From positions 1 through 47,045 of the forward strand of contig JBHLQH010000026.1 in assembly GCA_048884965.1 (NCBI GenBank): 47,045 nucleotides of DNA, given 5' to 3'. A program made the position numbers and the translations under genes. The notes under the pieces are model-generated. The model had not been told where the DNA came from and did not search any database. It saw only the letters and a list, made by a program, of their open reading frames with translations. This DNA comes from Candidatus Thorarchaeota archaeon. GTDB taxonomy: Archaea; Asgardarchaeota; Thorarchaeia; Thorarchaeales; Thorarchaeaceae. Below, one piece after another: positions 38,059 through 46,347 of the stretch. The stretch's first letter is position 1. Each line of letters opens with the position of its first letter.

Positions 38059-39582
38059 ATGAAAGAGTTTCCTCAACGAACACATAATGATGAGTTACTA
38101 AAGTCTCTTCTCACTAGAGTAGAGAGAATGAAAATCATTGAAGATTTTATTGACATATTTTGGTCACTAGATACAAATTTCAACTTTGCATATGCAAGTC
38201 CAGCTGTTGAGAAATTGCTTGGATCTTCACAGGATGAAATTCTAGGAGTCTCATTCCAAGAATTCGCTACAGCGGCATCCTACGATCTTGTCAAGAAATC
38301 ATTCACTGATGCTCCAATCCTAGATTCACCGGGAGTTCATGAGGTTCCCATCCCTCTCGAATTAGAGTTAATACACCGAAACGGAACCTCTGTCTGGTTT
38401 GAGATCCTTCAAGTGGTGCTTAGGGATGATAATCAAGCCCCAATTGGACTAGTCGTTGCTGCCAAAGATATATCCAATCAAGTTCGAGCATTACGAGCAC
38501 TAAAAGAGAGTGAGGAAAAGTATCGGGCGCTCGTAGAACAATCAGTTCTTGGAATAACTATAGCCAAAGGGAATCCGGTGAAATTGGTCTACATCAATGA
38601 TACAATCGAAGAAATGCTAGGATATTCGAAAGCTGAGATGTTGAATTGGAAACCTGATGAGATTGCCAAGCTAATTCATCCTGAAGACAGAACAGCCTTT
38701 TTTGGAAGGTTCCAAGATAGACTCCATGGAAAACAAGTCCCGGAATCATACGAGTTCAGAGCGATACGGAAAACTGGAGAGAGTGTTTGGTTTGATGTAC
38801 ATGGAGCAAGAATTGAATATGAGTCTGAACCTGCAGTCATTGCTCTTTTCATTGAAATTACAAAGCGGCGATTGGCGCAACGTGAGGCAGATGAATCGAG
38901 GAAGTTCACCGAGTTTCTCATTGATTTGATGAGCCATGACCTAAATAATATTCATCAAGGAATGATGACCGGACTTGAACTTGTCATAATGCGAGGAGAA
39001 GCCAAGCCTGAAAATCTTGAGCTTCTTGAGAGCATAATATCACAACTTCAAAGAGCGGATGATCTGATTTCCAGAGTCAGAACTCTATCGGATGTACGAT
39101 CAGAAAGATTCCTTCAGACATCAATCGATATCCATGGTCCAATATCAAAGGCCATACAATCCATTAAGAATACATTTCCCAAAAAGGAAATCGTGGTCAA
39201 TCTAAATATCAATCCGGGAGAATACTTCGTTGACGCCGGTGAATTCCTAATGGATGTATTCTACAATTTGTTCCACAATTCTGTCAAATTTGATGTAAAT
39301 AGTCCGATTACTATAGATATCAATACTAAGTTACTTGAAAATAGAGCAATGCTTCAGATAGTAGTAGAGGACAGAGCTTGTGGTATATCTGATGCTAAAA
39401 AGAGAAGCATATTGAGAAGATTGGATGACGGACAAAAGACACATTCAGGAATAGGACTTACTCTCGCCAAGGAGATATTAGATCGATATGGTGGAAAAAT
39501 TCGGATTGAGAATCGGATAGATGGAGATTACTCGAAAGGATCGAGATTCGTGATTTCACTTCAACTGCATCAGGGTTCATAA
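38059..39582 (+). CDS. Cytoplasmic PAS-PAS sensor histidine kinase
   Basis: Two PAS/PAC repeats, H-box MSHDLNN, N-box NLFHNSVKF, G2 SGIGL, GSRF. Confidence 0.92.
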   Translation: MKEFPQRTHNDELLKSLLTRVERMKIIEDFIDIFWSLDTNFNFAYASPAVEKLLGSSQDEILGVSFQEFATAASYDLVKKSFTDAPILDSPGVHEVPIPLELELIHRNGTSVWFEILQVVLRDDNQAPIGLVVAAKDISNQVRALRALKESEEKYRALVEQSVLGITIAKGNPVKLVYINDTIEEMLGYSKAEMLNWKPDEIAKLIHPEDRTAFFGRFQDRLHGKQVPESYEFRAIRKTGESVWFDVHGARIEYESEPAVIALFIEITKRRLAQREADESRKFTEFLIDLMSHDLNNIHQGMMTGLELVIMRGEAKPENLELLESIISQLQRADDLISRVRTLSDVRSERFLQTSIDIHGPISKAIQSIKNTFPKKEIVVNLNINPGEYFVDAGEFLMDVFYNLFHNSVKFDVNSPITIDINTKLLENRAMLQIVVEDRACGISDAKKRSILRRLDDGQKTHSGIGLTLAKEILDRYGGKIRIENRIDGDYSKGSRFVISLQLHQGS

Positions 39583-39794
39583 AGTGCATTAAGGGTAGAT
39601 TCTTACTACATATCAATGATATCTCTTATGTGGCAAAGGATATAGTCGAATACTACCGATGAGATGCTATACTGCAGATCTAGATACCTATGAGGGTGGA
39701 TGTGAGTCAATCCATCCGCAATGTGCGTTGCTTGCTACTGAAGTTCTTCAGAAGCATCCTAGTCACCAATCGAACCATTTCGTACCAATCCGGA

Positions 39795-40565
39795 TTACTT
39801 TTGCATGCTTGGAGTCCATCGTTCAGATCGTTCCCAGTAGTACAGGAAGAGGTCTTGAGTCCACTTGCGGAATTTCTGATCGGTTCCAAAAAAACCGATA
39901 TAATGCATTTCTCCATCACGTCTACGGAAATTAACCACTGATTCTTTTTCAGTAATCAAGAATGTGACGCAGATACGTTCACGCCACCTTCTTTCTTTCA
40001 GATTCTCTACTTCAGGAGTAACCTTGATTGTCTTTGCCAAATCCTCCTGCATGATGAATCTGAATTGAAGACCTCTAGCCACCTTCTCATTTGTTACTTC
40101 TACATGACTTGATTCACTCTGCTCGGCCATAGCCCATATGTACTCCTCTGCTTCGTACACCATTTTCCTGACACGATTAAAATTGATCAGTGTGTTTCCG
40201 CAAAATTCACCATTTGAAAGTTCACCGAGTCTGTTGACAAACTCATACGGAAGGCAGGACAGGTCATGTTCGAGGAAATAATCCCCATGTTTTAGTACGA
40301 AATTCAAAGTTGATAGAAGTCCTACAGCTAGGTTACCAAGCGGAGTTGCCGCATAGGTTCCGTCAACCCTTTTTTCTACAAGTTTAGCATCGCTAAGTCT
40401 CTGCAAGTGCCGGAATGTTTCTGTCATATTCATATCCAAAGACTTTGCTATTTGCTTCATCTTGAGTTCGCGTTGAGCCAATTCAAAAAGGATACTCGCC
40501 CTTCGGGTACTAGCTAGTTCAAAGAGAACTTTGGAAATCTCCGCATCTTCTAGGTTGTCTGACAT
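39795..40565 (-). CDS. Winged-HTH transcriptional regulator (ArsR-like, COG4742/DUF1724 type)
   Basis: LFELAS..R..IL..L, E..RHLQRL....LVEK, YF..HD...LP..F..RLGEL, W..DLF.YYW. Confidence 0.85.
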   Translation of the reverse strand: MSDNLEDAEISKVLFELASTRRASILFELAQRELKMKQIAKSLDMNMTETFRHLQRLSDAKLVEKRVDGTYAATPLGNLAVGLLSTLNFVLKHGDYFLEHDLSCLPYEFVNRLGELSNGEFCGNTLINFNRVRKMVYEAEEYIWAMAEQSESSHVEVTNEKVARGLQFRFIMQEDLAKTIKVTPEVENLKERRWRERICVTFLITEKESVVNFRRRDGEMHYIGFFGTDQKFRKWTQDLFLYYWERSERWTPSMQK

Positions 40566-40658
40566 CGTAATAATTTTGCACCCGTGCTAAGAAGTTCGTA
40601 TTGGCATCAATTAAAGATTATCACAAATCAATTGAATGATCATCATGAGGCATTCGAA

Positions 40659-40925
40659 ATGGCTATTCAAGTAGATGATAACGGTGAACGTGACTTTTCT
40701 ATTGAACTCAAATCCAGCAAGCATTTGCACTCAGTTCTCTCAAACCGAGAGACTGAATGTGTCATAATAGAAGGAACGCTTGGATATCTACAACATGCTT
40801 CATTTGTTGATCCTGAGATATTCGAAGTCAAAGGAAGTTACGGAATCCTGAGAGTATACTTGAGATCTAGCGAAATAACTGCTAGAGTTACAGAAAATAG
40901 AAACCTAGGAGATGATGCCGAATGA
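40659..40925 (+). CDS. Hypothetical small beta-rich protein
   Basis: FSIELKSSKHL...VIIEGTLG.L....F....IFEV.G..GILRV; ATG 40659 after GAGG; ATGA overlap with the next gene. Confidence 0.65.
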   Translation: MAIQVDDNGERDFSIELKSSKHLHSVLSNRETECVIIEGTLGYLQHASFVDPEIFEVKGSYGILRVYLRSSEITARVTENRNLGDDAE

Positions 40926-41113
40926 ATAGAAAGGAGAAAATACTGACCGTAGTACTTGGAATCTTGATTTTCGTTTTTATTGGTGCGAATATGTGCACAT
41001 TTTACTCCACTGGTGTAGTAGACTGGATTTTCGCTATTTCACTTGGAGTCCTAGTCTTTGTAGAAGCAGGCGTGATAACGTGCTCACACTACAATAGTAG
41101 ACTACAACTGTGA
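40922..41113 (+). CDS. Small two-TM membrane protein
   Basis: GGAG RBS, ATGA coupling, two hydrophobic helices. Confidence 0.6.
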   Translation: MNRKEKILTVVLGILIFVFIGANMCTFYSTGVVDWIFAISLGVLVFVEAGVITCSHYNSRLQL

Positions 41114-41147
41114 ACAGTGAAATATTTGCTTTGGCGCTTCCGCTCAA

Positions 41148-41186
41148 AAGGGTTCAGGCTTTTGTTTGAGCCCTTCTTTTTCTCTT
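41148..41186 (+). terminator. Hairpin plus U-tract terminator
   Basis: AAGGGTTCAGGC-TTTT-GTTTGAGCCCTT (with G-U pairs) followed by CTTTTTCTCTT. Confidence 0.55.
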
Positions 41187-41362
41187 CGGTGAATTTCTCT
41201 TGCTGCACAGAAAGACAGAAACTAATTGTTCATTATCAATCAAATCCATCTTATGGTAGAATACATGCCAAGATAAGTCACAATACTTCTTATCAATGAT
41301 GACCTTGGTTTGATAGCAAACAATATACGTTGGTTACATCGCCCCACGAGCAGGGGTACGGA

Positions 41363-42562
41363 ATGAAACTCAATATCACTCCTGGTGCAGCAAACCTTCA
41401 GTACGCTATACGAGACATCGTAGTAGCAGCAAAGAGCTATGAGAAACGAACTGGTGAGAAACCGCTCTATCTGAATATTGGAGACCCTATCCAATACGAT
41501 TGGAAGACTCCTGATTTCATGGTAGAGGCGATGTGCAAGGCAACAAAGGATGGTTGGAATGGCTATTCACCATCAGACGGTGAACCAGAACTCCGACAAG
41601 CTGCGGCTGAGAAAGAGAAACGGGTCAATGGAATAGACATCGATCCAAGTCGAATGATCGTAACAGCAGGGGTTTCAGAGGCAATCCTATTTCTTACTGG
41701 AGCTCTGGTTAGCCCTGGCTCTGAATTCCTCCTTCCAGGACCTTCGTACCCACCTTACATAAGCTATGTGAAGTTCTTCGGAGGGGTCCCGGTCACCTAT
41801 CGAACCATTGAGGAGGACGACTGGAACCCGGATCCAGAAGACCTTCGAAACAAGATATCTGACAAGACTGTGGCCATCCTAGTCATAAACCCCAACAATC
41901 CAACTGGTTCAGTCTATAACGAGAAGACACTGCGCGAGATTGTTGACATTGCAGGAGAATATGGACTTCCACTGATCTCAGATGAGATCTACGATCAGCT
42001 CACCTACGATGAAGCACAAACACCCATGGTAAAGATTGCGGGGGATGTCCCTGTCATTGGGTTCAACGGTGTGAGCAAGGTCTACCTTGCACCAGGATGG
42101 AGGGTTGGCTATGCATACTTCCATGACCAGAATGGAGAACTCAACCCACTGTATGATGCGATGATGCGACAGGCACGAGTGAGAATCTGTTTGAATGCAA
42201 CTGCACAGATCGCCTCAGTTGCAGCACTGAGAAGTGATGGAAGTCACTTGAAAGAAACAATGAGCAGATTACGAGAAAGGCGTGACCTAATTCACAAGCG
42301 ATTGAATGATATCGAATCAATCTCTACAAGACTGCCTGAAGCAGCGTTCTACATCATGCCAAAGATAGAGCTTCGAAATAGGTGGAAGGATGATACCGAG
42401 TTTGTCAAGGATGTGCTCAATGAAACAGGTGTTGTCTTTGTCCCGGGTTCAGGTTTCTGTCCAATCTACGGTGCAAGCCACTTTAGAAGTGTCTTCTTGC
42501 CGCCTCCAGATATGATAGATGAGGCAATGAATAGACTAGAGTCATTCATGGCGAAACGGTAG
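41363..42562 (+). CDS. Class I/II PLP aminotransferase (alanine aminotransferase AlaA-like)
   Basis: YAIRD, LNIGDP, INPNNPTG, SDEIYD, SKVYLAPGWRVG, VPGSGF, HFRSVFLP. Confidence 0.93.
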   Translation: MKLNITPGAANLQYAIRDIVVAAKSYEKRTGEKPLYLNIGDPIQYDWKTPDFMVEAMCKATKDGWNGYSPSDGEPELRQAAAEKEKRVNGIDIDPSRMIVTAGVSEAILFLTGALVSPGSEFLLPGPSYPPYISYVKFFGGVPVTYRTIEEDDWNPDPEDLRNKISDKTVAILVINPNNPTGSVYNEKTLREIVDIAGEYGLPLISDEIYDQLTYDEAQTPMVKIAGDVPVIGFNGVSKVYLAPGWRVGYAYFHDQNGELNPLYDAMMRQARVRICLNATAQIASVAALRSDGSHLKETMSRLRERRDLIHKRLNDIESISTRLPEAAFYIMPKIELRNRWKDDTEFVKDVLNETGVVFVPGSGFCPIYGASHFRSVFLPPPDMIDEAMNRLESFMAKR

Positions 42563-42581
42563 AGTAGCTATTCTTCTGATA

Positions 42582-42609
42582 TCCCGCGGATTCTGAATAC
42601 ACCGCGGGA
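42582..42609. terminator. GC-rich hairpin between convergent genes
   Basis: TCCCGCGG-(12 nt)-CCGCGGGA. Confidence 0.45.
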
Positions 42610-42705
42610 CTATCTCTCACTTTCTCAAGCTCGATATTGACTGGGAGGTCACAACCATCGTGATTCTTAGTAGATACTCCAGTACTTGAGAATTCTTTTT
42701 CAAAC

Positions 42706-44571
42706 CTAAAGTTCGTCAAGCTTGTTGTCAAAGGATTTTAGAAGTTTTTCACGAACAGAATCGATTGCCCCTTTTGCCTTTGTTATCTCAGGATGCTCAG
42801 CTGGCCGATGAGCACTTGTCAAAGCATCGGCAGATGCAATACTTTCAATGTCAGACCTCAGAGCACTTAGAGAGGACTTCAGCCCATCCATAGCGGTTCT
42901 AACCTTGGTCCGGGTCTCTGCAAGCTGGATATTGTCACTTGCAGACGCCATTGGTATAGAATCATATGTAGATTCCAAGTCATGGATTACTGCTGATACT
43001 TTGTCTTTTAGAGCGGCTATATTGCTTTGGATCTTCTTTCTTCTAGATTCCGTTTCTTCCCACTTTTGAAGCAGGGTGGTATTCTCAGATTCTAAGGTTC
43101 GAGTACGAACGTCAAGAAGGTCAACACTTGATCTCTTCAATGACTCAAGGATTCCCCTAGCGTACTCCTTCTTCTCTGCGGTACGCTTCTGAGTGATCTT
43201 CGTTTGTAATTCTTCATCACCTAGAAGTCGGTCAATGGTGTCAATCAATGAATTTACAATGGCTATTCGTGCTTTCGCTGAAGCCAATTCCTTCTTACCT
43301 ATATCTGCACGTGCAGTGTTTAGAGAGGATTCAAGTGATGATGCAATCTGAAGCAAAGGATCCGATTCTAATTCGGAGGCATCAATCGAGGGATACAAAA
43401 TACTGACTCGTCCTTCGGTGACATCCACATCTTGAAGCAGCTTCTCGGTTTCTTTGAAATCCTTCAGAACAAAAGTTCCTGGGCCTGCCTGCAGAGTATA
43501 TTCAGTCTTCAGGTCATCAGCATAGGACCCTTTTAGAACAACAGAGAATTCCTTCACGCCCATCATATCTTCAGCTGATTGTGCTGTCACCACAAAGAAT
43601 CTGGTTTCGCCAGGGGGAATCGTTCCCACCTTGGTTTTGATATCTCCGGAATGAATTTTCAATCCGTCATCCAGATGCCATTCAACAACAACATTACTTG
43701 CTGGGCCATCACCCTTGTTTTCGACAACTGCGCGGATCTCAAATTGCTCCTTGAATGTCATATCAATGGGAAGCTCAAGTTGAGAGGATATCTTTGGAAC
43801 CTTTAGTTTGCCACGGAGAATTTCTCGGACCATCTCCACGCCTTTATCAACATATGTAGCGAATTCCTGTGCCTTCGCTCCTGCAAGTGCAGCCTTCAAT
43901 TCAGTCGCTGCAGCTGTTTCAGCGTCTGCGAAGGCATTAAGATCCATTGAGTTGATGGCACTCTCAAGCATTTGCGGAATTTGACTGAGTCGAACGACTC
44001 CAGGAAATCTCAAACGTGAGGCATTCTCAGCCGCGTAACGTCGTGCTCTTGAAAACGCTTCATTCTCCTTCCCAATCATCAAGTAAATCATACTACCAGT
44101 TATCGCAAGGGCTGTGCCATTTTTAGTTTCAGCGTCCTCATTCCACATCAAATGCTCGGTGGAGGCACCAAACAAATCATCTGCACCTTGCTCGTAGGCC
44201 TTTAGCGCGTTCTCAACATCTGACAGTTCAGAGTAGACATCACCAGCTAAGCACATATTCAATGAAGCGGCTTTGTAGCTCTTTGATGCACGGTACTCAT
44301 TTGCTGCTTTCCAGAAGTTCTCAGCAGCTTGCTTTTGTAATTTTTCAACATTCGCATAGTCTCCTTTCATCTCACTGGCTCTTGCAGCCTCAAGGAATTT
44401 GTGACCGGCTTCAGTGAAAGATTGCTTCATAGCTTCCTTGGTTGCTTCTTCAACCATACGTCTGATGTCTTCTTCTGACATGAGATTCTTCTCCTCTCTG
44501 ACTAATTGCCTATGAGTGACTCTGGTTTTCTCTTTTTCGCCTTCAGGTGATGACTGTGGGAGGGTCACCAA
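42706..44571 (-). CDS. Multidomain protein: alpha-SNAP/TPR-like solenoid, CARDB/Ig-like domain, helical bundle/coiled coil (alternative start ATG 44481)
   Basis: aa ~50-250 Ala-rich helical repeats (AAENFWKAANEYRASKSYKAA); aa ~258-370 FEIRAVVENKGDGPASNV...GTIPPGET Ig/CARDB signature; aa ~372-621 heptad-rich helices. Confidence 0.8.
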   Translation of the reverse strand: MVTLPQSSPEGEKEKTRVTHRQLVREEKNLMSEEDIRRMVEEATKEAMKQSFTEAGHKFLEAARASEMKGDYANVEKLQKQAAENFWKAANEYRASKSYKAASLNMCLAGDVYSELSDVENALKAYEQGADDLFGASTEHLMWNEDAETKNGTALAITGSMIYLMIGKENEAFSRARRYAAENASRLRFPGVVRLSQIPQMLESAINSMDLNAFADAETAAATELKAALAGAKAQEFATYVDKGVEMVREILRGKLKVPKISSQLELPIDMTFKEQFEIRAVVENKGDGPASNVVVEWHLDDGLKIHSGDIKTKVGTIPPGETRFFVVTAQSAEDMMGVKEFSVVLKGSYADDLKTEYTLQAGPGTFVLKDFKETEKLLQDVDVTEGRVSILYPSIDASELESDPLLQIASSLESSLNTARADIGKKELASAKARIAIVNSLIDTIDRLLGDEELQTKITQKRTAEKKEYARGILESLKRSSVDLLDVRTRTLESENTTLLQKWEETESRRKKIQSNIAALKDKVSAVIHDLESTYDSIPMASASDNIQLAETRTKVRTAMDGLKSSLSALRSDIESIASADALTSAHRPAEHPEITKAKGAIDSVREKLLKSFDNKLDEL

Positions 44572-44577
44572 CTGAGG

Positions 44578-44868
44578 CTAGTAGACCTCACGCGGGGAAT
44601 GTTTCAGTCTATCTGGAAGACTGCCACCATGTCCCTCAATTACAAGCTCATATCCTCTACCCCAAGTGGCTCCACTTTTACTTTTGAAACCAGCTTTTGA
44701 TATTCCTCTGGCAGCTCTTTCAGCAGACCTTCTTTGAATCATACTGACACCACCCGGAACGCTCAGAATGAGCTTTTTCTGTGACTCATCTACTTTCAGA
44801 GTAATCTCAGAGGCAGGTTGTCCCTTGACCTCGTGAAATTGACTATCGCGATATTCTAGAAACGTCAT
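44578..44868 (-). CDS. Small hypothetical protein, possibly a divergent single gelsolin/ADF-like domain
   Basis: 96 aa; the pattern LKVDE..KKLIL......SMIQRRSAERAARGI parallels the gelsolin domain at 34301. Confidence 0.7.
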   Translation of the reverse strand: MTFLEYRDSQFHEVKGQPASEITLKVDESQKKLILSVPGGVSMIQRRSAERAARGISKAGFKSKSGATWGRGYELVIEGHGGSLPDRLKHSPREVY

Positions 44869-44957
44869 CTAATCAGACCCTTCCCTAATCCAATATTATG
44901 AAAAAAGTGTCATGGCTGCATATTAGCATTTGGCCGATGAAGTGATACCATTGTGTC

Positions 44958-45015
44958 AAAGAAAAAGAATAGAGTTGTGAGTCAAATGGTCCCTGATGAG
45001 ATCACTGACTCACGA
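44958..45015 (-). terminator. Hairpin plus U-tract terminator (minus strand)
   Basis: GTGAGTCA (44977) ... TGACTCAC (45013) stem followed on the minus strand by CTCTATTCTTTTTCTTT. Confidence 0.55.
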
Positions 45016-45038
45016 TTTTGAAATAAATCCCAATAGTA

Positions 45039-45314
45039 TTAGTCTGGCGGTGGAGGTGGAGGAGGTGTGTCGTCCAACTTAGTACTGACTGGTGTAAGAA
45101 CCGAGTCACGCTTCTTCTTTGTGAAGAAGAATCCACAAACCACAAAAACAACACCCAACACTGCTAGCACAGCACCAATAATGGTGTCATATCCGGCTAC
45201 GACAGTGATGTTCATCGTTGGCAACAAGACAAAGACTGCGCCTACGATGATCAGAATTACGCCTAGACATATTGGTCCAGAACGAACATATTCTCGCCAC
45301 GTTAGATAGGACAT
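45039..45314 (-). CDS. Two-TM membrane protein with C-terminal poly-proline tail
   Basis: Start at ATG 45314 (GGGAG RBS); two TMs, KKKR, then DDTPPPPPPPD*. Confidence 0.75.
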   Translation of the reverse strand: MSYLTWREYVRSGPICLGVILIIVGAVFVLLPTMNITVVAGYDTIIGAVLAVLGVVFVVCGFFFTKKKRDSVLTPVSTKLDDTPPPPPPPD

Positions 45315-45416
45315 TTTGAGATCTCCCTGACCGATACGGAAAACAATCCGTTCAGTACACTTCCACACCATGTGCTGGGAGTGATTTAAGATTATTGCGC
45401 GAGCATCAAGTGGGCT

Positions 45417-46274
45417 TTACTCTATGGACATTGTCACAATGCAGCCAGTAGATGATGTGTTAACACCGATTTTCAAATCGGTGACCTGTGAGACTTTCTG
45501 TGCTAGAATTTCATGAAATGCACAGGGATATCCTGCAGGCATCCGGTTGCCATTTGGATCAATCTTGCGAGCCATCTTCAAGAGCTCACAACCTTGCGTT
45601 TCTACCGACACATTCAAGGTGCCGGTTTTTGGAAGTTGACTATCGCCCGAACAGCTGTAAATAAGCTCTCCGAAGCGTATTGGAAGAATAATTGGATCTT
45701 CTGGGTCAATCCACATATGAACAAGTTCATTTGCGAGCTGCTCAAACATCGCAGTCAGATGTCCACTGGGAAGAGTGGCAGCATATACCGCGAGCTCACA
45801 GATTGTAGTGCCATGAGCTTCCGCAATCACTTTCCATGCATTCTTACCAGCTTGTGGAGTAACGGTGGGTAAGTGACCTACGGGAGCATGAGGTAGTTCC
45901 TTGGTGTCACTTGTGACGACCGTGCTTTCTTCCGAGGACGAACCCACTTCAATATATGATTCACCATCGTCATAGTAGAGATCGGGCACTTCATAATTTG
46001 GAGAGATCCCAGATGTCTGATATTGCCGTGAGAATTGCATCAAGCGACCAGCGCACATCGCCACCGCATGTCGACTCAATCCTTCAACCCTAATGTGACC
46101 ATAGATAACTCCAACAAAATTATCGAGACTCAGTTCGGTCATAGTCTTTTCAGCAAGAATCTTCTTGCCCCTAATCACACGACAAGCCCACATTTCATCC
46201 ATGACGCCAGCCTGAGCAGAGTAGCTTGTATTGGTAATCATGACCGTAGGAGATATTGGGTAGAATCCAGACAT
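45417..46274 (-). CDS. Hypothetical two-domain protein with C-terminal V4R/H-NOX-clan-like domain
   Basis: C-terminal VSVETQGCELL...YPCAFH...GCIVTM three-Cys pattern; unknown N-terminal domain; low-complexity linker. Confidence 0.7.
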   Translation of the reverse strand: MSGFYPISPTVMITNTSYSAQAGVMDEMWACRVIRGKKILAEKTMTELSLDNFVGVIYGHIRVEGLSRHAVAMCAGRLMQFSRQYQTSGISPNYEVPDLYYDDGESYIEVGSSSEESTVVTSDTKELPHAPVGHLPTVTPQAGKNAWKVIAEAHGTTICELAVYAATLPSGHLTAMFEQLANELVHMWIDPEDPIILPIRFGELIYSCSGDSQLPKTGTLNVSVETQGCELLKMARKIDPNGNRMPAGYPCAFHEILAQKVSQVTDLKIGVNTSSTGCIVTMSIE

Positions 46275-46347
46275 TGGTTTGCCTCACTAACTAGCCACAC
46301 CTTTCTCTCCCTGAAAAGCATATCGCCAACGTAGTTGAATATCAATC

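Noticed and set aside
39659-39941. Short ORFs between the kinase and the wHTH regulator
   Set aside because: They overlap the regulator's 3' end, have no RBS or motifs, and show non-protein-like composition.
44990-45045. Hammerhead-ribozyme-like CUGAUGA...GAAA
   Set aside because: Stem II is offset from GAAA by extra nucleotides and no stem I can form; the region is better explained as the minus-strand terminator hairpin.
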